The notes beneath the pieces are model-generated. The model made no database searches, had not been told where the DNA came from, and saw nothing but the letters and a program-made list of their open reading frames with translations. This document shows positions 54,006 through 64,000 of a DNA stretch of 64,000 nucleotides, in pieces. The stretch is from Raja brachyura. Taxonomy: Eukaryota. The position numbers and the translations under genes were made by a program. The stretch spans positions 10,850,001 to 10,914,000 of the forward strand of contig OY740810.1 in assembly GCA_963514005.1 (NCBI GenBank). The letters run 5' to 3'. The stretch's first letter is position 1, and each line of letters begins with the position of its first letter.

Positions 54006-55065
54006 GCTCGCAGGAGGATAAACAGGTGAGGGGTTGGGGTAAAGGCTGGGAGGAGTAGGTCGGCAGGTGGTGTGATTGAGAAGAAGTCGTAGGTGGTCAA
54101 GTAGGTTTAATAAGATAAACGGGCTAGGCCAGGATAATGAGCACAGCAGAAATGATGGTCTAAAGGAGTATCACGGGTAAGGCAGATGAACTTAGAGACA
54201 CTGAACTAAGATTTTGTAGCCACTGCATAAAATTGGTTGAGGGAAGGACAAGCTGCCGGAGAAGGTAATTGATGCAGGTACTTTAACAGCAATTAATAGA
54301 CACTTGGACACATATGTGGATAGGAAAGATTTAGAGGGATGTGGGACTAGCTTTGGTAGGGTATCTTGGTCGGCATGGATGAGTTAGGCCAAAGGGCCTG
54401 GTTTTGTGCTGTATGCCTATGACTGGCAGCTCAACATTCCAGGGAACAGATATTTCTGATGTGAGAATGATCTCTTCAATCACACGGTTCAGTTGCAAAG
54501 AAATTCCAAAGGATCTCGTGGAAATGGCTTCAAATTATTATGTTAGGTAAACTTGTAGCACTATCCAAATATAGACAAACTAAACCACGACCGATTTGAT
54601 TAAAAATAATAGGATGTAGGCTGATTTAAATGTTTAAAGAGTGTGTAAAAAAAAAAAATATATAGTGATAGACACATGGAATGGCTTCCCCATATTCCAA
54701 GATGGAATACAAGACTGGTTAGGGAAGGTGGTGGTGAGAAAAGTAAATGTCCATGCTTTGTTTTATCTTGAATAGCTGACTGAAGCAATATTCATCTTGT
54801 GAGCCACAATTTGTTTTCAATCTTGTTGTTTTCTGAATATTGAACTTTTTTTTTGCAGGCTACAGATGTTTAATGTTACATATGTGACCTGTGATTTGAA
54901 TTGTGAAATGGTTCAATTATCCTGGTGTATCAAAGCACTGCAAATCATCTTTAGAAATCTACAAATAAATGACTAGTTCTTACCTTAAAAATGTAAATGT
55001 CAATTATTTCTTTCACATCCAGTTTATTGAACTGATCATGTTTTTGGTTTAAAATTTCTTTTTAG

Positions 55066-55245
55066 TTGGAAATTTAACAATACGAAAGCAAGGACTCAGT
55101 TGCAGTAGTACAGACAACAGCAGTAAATGGAAATCCACTTTTTCTCCAATATCTGATACCAATTTGACCAAGAACTCTGACAATGGATCACAGACAGCAT
55201 CTGCTTTATGCCAAGCCTCTCCTTTTGGCACCAGGCCTATTACAG
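55066..55245 (+). CDS. DOT1L: DOT1L exon 27 (short form; predicted internal donor ACAG|gtgac)
   Basis: SKWKSTFSPISD conserved motif; a phase-1 donor at 55245 joins both terminal exons in frame; read-through stops at 55370. Confidence 0.75.
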
Positions 55246-56470
55246 GTGACCTTTCCGTTAGTAATTTTAAAATGGTTTCTCATGAGAGGGTGCATATCGA
55301 AACTCAATCTCACTGGAGGAAAATGGCCGCCATGCACTCATCTGCCACTTTTAATTATAATTCTGGATGATCTGCACTTCAATTTACAGAGGAATAATCT
55401 GTGGATTTATTTTCCCCATAACATTCCAGAGATGAGTCTGAGTTTTAAGGTGTTGTACCGACTGTCTAAAAACAAAACATACTGTAAAATTGACTCGAAT
55501 CGCTCCTCAAACAAGATGCCAAATATGTTGGCCGGAGCAAGGGGAGATGAGTTGAGCAAATAAGGGGCCAAAGGTAAAGAACATTTATGGGAATAACTAT
55601 CTTTGGGAGGCCGTTTGGAGAAGAGTACATTGCTTCATAATATAAATATGCAAGGAAATAAAAGCAGGCAAAATTCCTTCTCCGTCTCCAAACAGAAGAA
55701 AAATCTAGTGGTAAAATGTACCAACTACTGTTTCTACATCAACCACTCCATGGCTATCCATGCACCGTGCTGAAAACTAGTTCATATCTCTTTGCCGATG
55801 ATTTATTCTCCGTTAGGAGGAGTATTAATTGGCAGAGGTTTGCCAGCAGTTGCTTCATGCATCGGAGAACACCGCTATTCGTGCACAGTGGTCAGTTACA
55901 TTTGCAAACTCTGCCGGTTCTATTTCTGGCCAGCTTACAGCGATCATAACACTATGTGGAATCCATTTTGTGAAGTACTGCTTGAGTTCCATGAAGGAGC
56001 CAACGGTTCAACACTTTCCTTGGATCAATGCCAGTTATCGCATGTGATCCTTGTTGTAACTGCTAGAGTTGAATTGACTAATTTCTTCCCCCACAAGGAC
56101 TCGCATCTATTTTGCCTCTTTCCCACTCTTTCCACCTACATTCCTTCCTCTAGCTTTGCAATTCGCAACTCTTAAATCCTTTGTCTCACACCTTCGGTCT
56201 TTTCATCTCTGGCCTGTCCAACCATCTGCCTATCAAATCCCCCCTCACTTGTATCCACCTCTCACTTGCCAGCCTTTGTCCTATCCCTCCTCTCTTCCAG
56301 CTTTCTTTCTCTTCCCCCCCCCCCCCCCCCCCCCCCCCACACACAATCGTCCTGAAGAAGGGCCCCGACCTGAAAGAACACCTATCCATGTTCTACTGTC
56401 TGACCTGCTGAGTTACTCAAGCACAATGTGTTTTGACTAATAGTTGGTTTTGCCTCTAGTTGTGTGGTGG
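55246..56470 (+). pseudogene. Decayed 3' remainder of the ancestral long DOT1L exon 27
   Basis: Out-of-frame remnants DSNRSSNKMPNMLAGARGD..*GAKGKE, GGVLIGRGLPAVASCIG and HV....ARVELTN resemble my recollection of mammalian exon 27 segments, in the same order. Confidence 0.6.
56083..56432 (+). mobile_element. Penelope-derived insertion with 9-bp direct repeats TTGACTAAT
   Basis: TTGACTAAT at 56074-56082 and 56433-56441; internal ctgaagaagggccccgacctgaaa and gacctgctgagttactc motifs. Confidence 0.7.
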
Positions 56471-57461
56471 GTGGGTTCTGTACATTAACATGTAATTAAT
56501 ATGGTTAGACTAGCAGCTAGAAAATATATTGGGTTTTTCATTTTTACGATTTGTGGATTTTGAAGTCGAAACTCTAAAATTTATCAAATATTTAAAAAAT
56601 AAATCTGTCTTTTTAAATATAGACGTATTCGACTTTAAAGAACGGTATTCTCCGTTCAAAAAACTTTATTCCCTGACTCCATTAGCATTCTATTCACTTG
56701 ATCGGCCACAATGCCATTCTCAAAAGTACACCATCTATTGTCCTAGTAATCTGAGGGGCAAATGTAAAACCAGTGAGACTCTTCCCCCATTTAGTTTGCT
56801 TGCTATTAACTAAAGTGCCACGAGAGGCAGTTTTGTACTCAAAAACCAAAACATTGCAGATATTGGAAATTCCAAAATAAAATTGGCGGCGGCTGAGAGT
56901 TGAGACACAAAGAACTGCAGATGTAGGAATCTTGAGCAAAACGCAGGGCTGGAGTAACTTGGCGGGTCAGGCAGCATCTCGAGTGAATGGATGCAAGACA
57001 GGAATGGTCAGCATGTTGGGGATGATGTTGCTTGACCTGCAAAACAGCAGCATTTTATGTTCTTGATTGTTACTTTGCTATACTCGCTGTCACATGTGGG
57101 AAAAACGGGTCCTTTTCAGGCTGAAGCCAATTTCTTTTATAGATGAGTCAGTCATTTAAATTTTTTGTACATTTTTGTTGCTTGAAAAGTTGTGCTTGTC
57201 TTGTCCAATTTGCTTGATCTGCTATTATGTTCCATTTAGACAATGGAAGTTCTTAGACATTTACAGACTTTATTTAGTTAGACTTGGTAGATACAAATAT
57301 CCAAGAGAGGTGAGGAAGCATGTGGGGAAAAATAGAATTAATGATTAATCGTAAGAAATTCCATATGAACACCTTTAGCTTCTGCCCTGGTAAGAGCTGT
57401 TTTCTCGCCACGTTATTCCATCGCTTCTGGCCTTTTCAAGATTCATCAGGCATCCTTACTG

Positions 57462-57720
57462 CACCTTGCTGCCTTACAGCGCCAGAGACCCGGGTTCGAT
57501 CTTGACTGCGGGTGCTGTCCGTGCGGAGTTTGTACGTTCTCACCGCGTGGGTTTTCTCCAAGATCTTTGGATTCCTCCCACAGTCAAAAGACGTACAGGT
57601 TTGTAGGTTAATTGGGGTTTGGTGTAAATGTAAAATTATCCCTAGTCTGTGTAGGATAGTGTTAATGTGTGGGTATCGCTGGTCAGCACGGACTCGGTGG
57701 ACGGAAGGGCTTGTTTTTAA
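57462..57720 (+). mobile_element. V-SINE
   Basis: gcgccagagacccgggttcgatcttgac...gtgcggagtttgtacgttctc. Confidence 0.8.
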
Positions 57721-58889
57721 AGCAACAAGGTACTTCACTTGCATAGCGTGATCTCAAAAGTGTATCTGCTACATCAGGGTTTCCATTGCACTGTCAGATT
57801 CTTGAGCTTTGTGTTTTAAATGTTCACAAGTACTGCTGGAACAAAGTGCTGGATTAACTCAGTGGGCCAGGCAGCATATGTGGAGGGAATGGATTGACAA
57901 CATTTTGGTTCGTGATTGCACTGAAAAAGGATGCTGAACCAAAACATTGCCTGTCCTTTCCCTTCAGAGATGCTGCCTGACTTGCTGAGTTACTACAACA
58001 CTGTTTTGCTCAAGATACCCCTGCAGTTCCTCATGTGTGCAGCTGAGAAAATTCATTGAACTTGTTCCAAACAGTTTCAAGCATTCTCTGCTCATTAAAC
58101 CAGCCAGGGGCCATTGTAACAAGATGTGAGAAATTCCACCTCTGCTGGAAATATTCAGGTCATGCTTCATCTGTGGAAGGGGAAATGGAAAAAAAATTCA
58201 GGTTGAAGACCTGAAACAACTCTTTCTACACAAGTGTCATTATATTGGTGTCGGCTCCCAGAAAGTTTGCCTCATCGTGGACTGAGGCATCACGATGTTT
58301 TTCGTGGTGTTTTTCTTTTTGTTTTTCATACTCTTATAATATCTCATTATACTTCAACCCTGATTTGTTTCCCAATGTATTGTGAACTTCAATGAGTTCA
58401 GTTATGTTGTTTACACTTGGGTATCTTGACCAAAAAATATTTCTGCTGATGCATAAAATGATTTGAAATGAAGTAGCCAGCTCCATTTGCTGTTATAAAA
58501 TTAAACTGAATTCCAAGCACTTTTGGTATAACCTCAATGAACACATGCTGGGAAAGTATTTCTGAGCAGGGGTGGAGACAGGAAGGAGAAAAGCATGGTG
58601 AATTAAGATACTTAGTGTATGGTTAATTCCAATAATATCCAAGTTTAAAATAAGTCTGTTTTTAAGTTTAGTGCAACACAAACACATTTCCTTGTAAATG
58701 GTAGATTTTGATGAAAAAGGAGAGTTGCTCTGCTTTGGGTGGCCTGAATTGTTTTGCTGTTTTTTTAAAATCTATTTTCTTTTGCTTTAACTGTGCTTGC
58801 TGGCAAAAAAAGTCCTTAGCTGCTGTAATGATGCTTTGCTTTCTGCTAGACCAAAATCTTTGAGCTGTTTTTTTTCTCTTCTGTTTTAG

Positions 58890-59473
58890 GTATTTTTAAC
58901 CATGTGGTGCCTTCAGTCTCTTCTCATCAATTTGGAGCCAATTTCAGCAATGTTCCAGTATCTAATAGCACAATATTAAGCTTTAACCCATTACAATCTG
59001 TTCCTGCAACCTCCCAGTCATTTCTTTCCGTCTCTTCCAGTACATTATCTTCCACTGATAGTAGAGTTAGTTCTTACCTTTCCCAAGCACCCCCACAGTC
59101 CATACTTAACATACCTTCCCCTAATATTTCCTTGCCTCCGCCCCCTCCATTGTTAAATTCAACTAGTTCTGACCCCTCGCTCTTCCGGACTATGTCTTCT
59201 GTTAGCGATGGATACTTGCCTCCATCCATCTCTTGCTCTTCTTCTACTTCGCTTCAATCTGCTAACACCGCATTAGCCTTGAAGCTTGCGTCTTTGCAGC
59301 CCAAAGCATCTCACCCTTCTTTCACAGTGCATCACCCACCTCTGCCACATTCAGCTCTTGCGCAGTCAGCACCTCTAATCCCTCAGTCTGGTACAAATAC
59401 ATCTGCAATGTGGGTCACACTTGGCATGCAGCCTCCTTATGCTACACATTTCTCTGGGGTTAAGCCTCGATAA
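58890..59473 (+). CDS. DOT1L: DOT1L long terminal coding exon
   Basis: Strong acceptor ttttag|GT; GIFNHVVPSVSSHQFG...MWVTLGMQPPYATHFSGVKPR*. Confidence 0.9.
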
Positions 59474-60037
59474 GAACTTGCGTACTTTATCAGTCTTATA
59501 AGGTAAGGTTAGAAAAATGTGCAAGGTTATAACTATATCAATGTGTGCAGCTGTGTTAGTAATACCTTGATGAAATGCAAACTAAGCAGTGTTTTAAAAA
59601 AATATATTAAATAAAGATCATTTTAGAAATGTTCTGCTTTTCTTGGGGTACCAGGTGCGTGTGCTTAAGAGCTGAACTGAATATACAGGTATCACCATCG
59701 ATATTTTTAAATTGCAACAAACATTGGCTGGTTTTAACTTGTTTTTAAAATTTGGTACTAGCAATCTGACTAAACATCACTACGTTATGATGGATAGAAG
59801 ACCAAAATTATTTTATTGACTAGACGTTTGCTCAGTAAAAATAAAATCATTAATATTTCATTATTATTAAATTGAATCTGGCGTTTGTTAATGTCCAAAT
59901 TTTAAAATGTATCTAATTTTTCAACTAAGCGAATGGGAACATCACCCCCTCTATTAACTTCATTATTTGTCTTTGCATCTGAAGAAACAAGTTATTTGTG
60001 GAAGGTAGATAATGTACGTTTCCCCTTCTATCTTTAG

Positions 60038-60045
60038 GTAATTAG
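60038..60045 (+). CDS. DOT1L: DOT1L short terminal coding exon (G-N-stop), followed by 3'UTR
   Basis: tccccttctatctttag|GT AAT TAG gaattctacctcaa, matching the GN* ending recalled for canonical human DOT1L. Confidence 0.75.
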
Positions 60046-62869
60046 GAATTCTACCTCAAAACAATGTGACCTATGCAAGGACAATGTGGACCAAGTTCAT
60101 CCACTTCCATCAAACTAAAGGTGCTTGAATAGCCTGCAAACATTGTTTTGCTTCTTTACTACTGGAAAATAAAATAAAATATATTGTACTGTGAATTGGT
60201 TTGTGTTGCTGCAAAAAAAAAGGCTCCTGTTGTACAGCATTTAAAACAAAAACTATTTATCTTCTTGCCAACTGATTGGGGCTAGTTGTTGTTCCAGCAA
60301 GCCTACAGAGGCTTTGGGGTGTGGAGTGCAGCACACACCAGCATTCATTTGTTAACCTGCTGTTGGTGCTATTTTAATCATCACAAACTGTGCCTCTGTG
60401 GGTTCTGATCCCTGGTGCTTATTATTCTGAAAGGTTGATTACTGAATTGTTTGCTGAGAATTTCTCAGCAGCAGATAATGTCCTTGTAATATTTTGCATC
60501 ACTTTAAGCTTGGTACGATGCAAATATTGCTGAACCATGAATTTATTTTATACAACTATGATCGTGCTCCTTTCTTCCTCTGCCTCTGGTCTTTTGTATG
60601 TTACGTGATAGGTTATTAAAACACGGAAAAATACTGTCCTCACTGTCATTCTTTTAATTTAATGGTGTTTTTTAGCATTGTAAATTGCAGTTGAAACAAT
60701 GTAATCTAATACCATTAGATACATTTATTATACATTTTAATTATTGCTGTGTATAATTTTAATTGTAAACAATAGCACATTGGTTTTCTGGTGAGCTTAG
60801 TATATAATGAAGTGTAAATGTTACCATTTTCTACACATTTTGTTTGAAAAATGTATTATGTATAAACAACCCAAGAAAGCAAAATATGAAAAAGTCTGAA
60901 ATTTAAAATGCAGTGGGATTTCATAAACTTTGTCATTTTAAAAATGTATTTTAAACAATTCTTTTTCACAGTTTTGTATATTAATGGTGGGACATCTTTA
61001 CTAATGCAGTTTTTTAAGAAGTACCTCAAGTTTTTTTAATATCCTTATAAAAGTTTAACTTTCTGGTTTAGGAATTCAACATTGGATTCTGCTTGAAGCT
61101 TTTTTTCTTTTAACAAATAATTTTAAAGGATTTATTTTATAGAGAAGGTCTGAAACAAACAAAATGCAGTAATTTTTTATGTAATTGTATTCACTAACCA
61201 AGCTGCAGTTAAGACCAATGCCAAGCATTTTTTAAATTATAATGTGATTGGATTCTGCAACAGAGTGACTTAAAAGGTTTTGTAGGCCAGCAAAGAGCTG
61301 TGCTTCCTCTGTAAAGCTGATTCACATGCTTCGTATGTATTGCGTTACAGCAGAGGCACCCATGAATTTAAAAAAATCTTTATCCAACATATTAAGTTAA
61401 TATTAAAAGCTATCAAGGGGAGGTGGGTCGGGGAGGGACTGGTCCCCGAGTTCTACTGACTGTTAGGAAACCACATTGCAGTTATATTTTACTCTTATAT
61501 TTTACCTGAGGGAATTAACTCTTTTTGCTTTGGAATGTCTAGAAAGTAGTTATAGTGGTGGTTATGTGGGAATTTGAGTTTGTGACTGAGTAATTGTAAT
61601 AAAATGATAGCTTGTAAAAGCAGAAATGTTGGTTTATTACGTTATGGGGATTTGTGGTTCAGCTAAGATAAATTGACGTCAATGTGCATGCACCTTTTTT
61701 TGCATGATGCACACTAAAATAGTGACATGTCTTGCAGCTACATGCTTAGTGCTACATTATGCACAATGTAATAAAAGTAAGTGTTCCAGTGCAAACACTG
61801 GACACCTTCCACTGGTTATCAGCTTGGGTGCGTAATCATAATTAATACCTTGACATTTACTTGAGGTTAATATTTATTCAAGTTTAATGCAGTACTGTAG
61901 AATTTTACTCCCCTTTCTCTGTTCTGGCACATTTTTGGGCAAGACCCCATGAAATGAGGCATATAACCTTTCAGGAAGAATGTGATTGCTAGATGGTAAT
62001 CTTTAATTTTCTTCTTTTTTGAAATAATCAAAAGGATAATTGAGCTAGGAAATAGCTGCCTACATTCAGATCTCTAGTCTGTTGCTGGTACAGATGCAAT
62101 AGTCACCATGTGTTATTAACTTGCCTGTTGAGATAGAAGTCAAATATGTTAGATCCTGAGTTCAATTCTATTAAAATAGACACTAAAACAGTAAAGAAAA
62201 AGTCTGATTTGTCCAAGATTATGGTCTTGGGTTGGATTTCAATTTTTTTTAAAGAACCTACTTTGTAGAAACCAGTGATATGGACTGTTAACTGCAGATT
62301 GTTAACTTGGGTAATAAATTATGCCCATCAATTATCTACAGGAAAGCTATGAATTTGTTGTAAATCTGACTTTTTGTACAAAGTGACAGATGACATTCAC
62401 ACTAGTATTTGGTAGAAAGCTAGTAAGCCAGTAATGAGTAAACATTAAAATAATGGCAGGATGTTCTCATAAGTAGCCTTAAATTTGTAGGTATATTGAG
62501 GTGTAATTACATGCTGTGAAAACTGAGCCATATAACTTAATAGAGAAAAGATGCATTTACGTCTTTTTATGTCGGTTTCTAATAATACAAACTGCTTTGA
62601 CTTAAGCATACAAAGTCAGTTTGTATAATCCGTCAGGGGTGCCTCTAGCATGCAGAAATTGTATATGAGATTTGCCCCCTTGAGAATAAAGCATCTATTG
62701 TAATCTGTACACTATTTATCGAGTTCAGTTTATTGTAAGGAAAAATGTATAAAGTAATACCTATTATTTTAATATATATTATCAAAATGCCTGAGATATA
62801 TTAAAAACTATTACCTAATTTTCTTTAGTATATCTAAATACTTTGGAGAATTTTTTTTTTTCTGTTTGT

Positions 62870-62875
62870 AATAAA
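62870..62875 (+). terminator. Candidate distal polyadenylation signal of DOT1L
   Basis: AATAAA preceded by a U-rich tract and followed by a U/GU-rich tract; other AATAAA at ~60168, 61598, 61770 and 62685. Confidence 0.45.
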
Positions 62876-63434
62876 TTGTGCTTTTTCTATTTTGAAAAAA
62901 GTAATCTAACCTGTTCCAAGTCTTTCTGTGAACCCTCACAAGGCACAGATGACATTTTTACAGCACTGAAAGATAATGTCCATCATATGCTGGATTTTCA
63001 ATGTTAATTATATTTTACATTTTACACTTCCCCACGTGCACTTAAGGGTATTTGAACAGAGTTTAACTTTTTTTTTTAATGCTTCTGTTGGGAAAAATGT
63101 TTGAGATACAAAAAATATTTTAATCCTCTTTGCACTGCATTTGATTGAGCATTTAAAGCAATGCATCTGTAAATAACTAATTTCATGTTTTAAAATATTA
63201 CAATTTATTGTAAATGGTGCATTAAGAATCCTGTTTCAGGTGAAATCACATGGGTGCTCTACCTACTAGAAATTAACCACACAGGTAGTACAAAATGCAA
63301 TAAATGCCATAAATATAAGTTTGCTGTGATCGCGGACTACAAAAGGGGATTACAATATGGTGTTAAAACTCCTGATTATTTTGGGCACATATCCCCAAAA
63401 TGTTTACATATAGAGGAGTTTGGATTAATAGGAG

Positions 63435-63592
63435 GTAGACACAAAATGCTGGAGTAACTCAGCGGGTGAGGCAGCATCTCTGGAGAGAAGGTATGGGTGA
63501 CGTTTTGGGTCGAGACCCTTCTTCAGACTGATTGTTACTCCAGCATTTTGTGTCTACCTTTGATTTAAACCAGCATCTGCAGTTCTTTCTTA
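63435..63592. mobile_element. Penelope-derived repeat with inverted terminal segments
   Basis: gtagacacaaaatgctggagtaac ... gttactccagcattttgtgtctac inverted pair; core shared with 1427-1522. Confidence 0.75.
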
Positions 63593-64000
63593 CACAAGTT
63601 TGGATTAATAGTTCCTTTAAAAAGATGCAAGAATCTGAATCTTTTAAATGTTTATCCATTCAACTCCCCTTCAACTCCTCCATACTAGCTTTTAACATGT
63701 CAAGATTTGCATCATTTTGATCAGGTTACATATCCTGTGTAAGATGGACGTTACCTTTAAAAAAAAAACACAAGTGGAGGATGAACCAGATGTTCTTTGC
63801 ACTTGTACAATGTAGTCTGTCTTTTTTTTTTGTGTGGCTATAGTTAATCTTGTATAATGTTGCTTGGCGTGGAAGAGCAAAGAAGCTATCCTAAATAAAC
63901 ACAATGTTAAGGAAATAAAATCTGTGGTCATTTAAAAACTTGATTACACACAAGTCAGCCAGTATGTACAGATGAGAAGCTGATGGCGCTCAGGAATTGT

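Overview
Vertebrate genomic DNA, most likely a cartilaginous fish (skate/ray), inferred from HE1/V-SINE-like, CR1/HER1-like and Penelope-like repeats. The window holds almost all of a DOT1L (H3K79 methyltransferase) gene on the + strand. I traced 26 internal coding exons (human-equivalent exons 2-27) by translation and GT/AG boundaries, plus two alternative terminal coding exons (long ...SGVKPR* and short GN*). The exon lengths sum in frame for both endings. Exon 1 was not found and is presumably upstream. Introns are filled with L1, Rex/Babar, RTE, CR1, Penelope, Tc1 and MITE/SINE remnants. The most notable observation is a family of three non-autonomous elements (5061-6498, 12949-14493, ~16278-16980). 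They share asymmetric ends that terminate in AATAAGCGAGT inverted repeats, show no evident TSD, and carry different cargo; two carry decayed ZFP36/TIS11-family gene fragments and flank DOT1L exons 2-3 in inverted orientation. Also notable: a templated copy of DOT1L exon 14 inside its own intron, an exon 27 shortened by an internal donor with a fossil coding remainder, and hammerhead-ribozyme-like cores in Penelope-derived repeats. All family assignments come from reading and recall, not from database searches.
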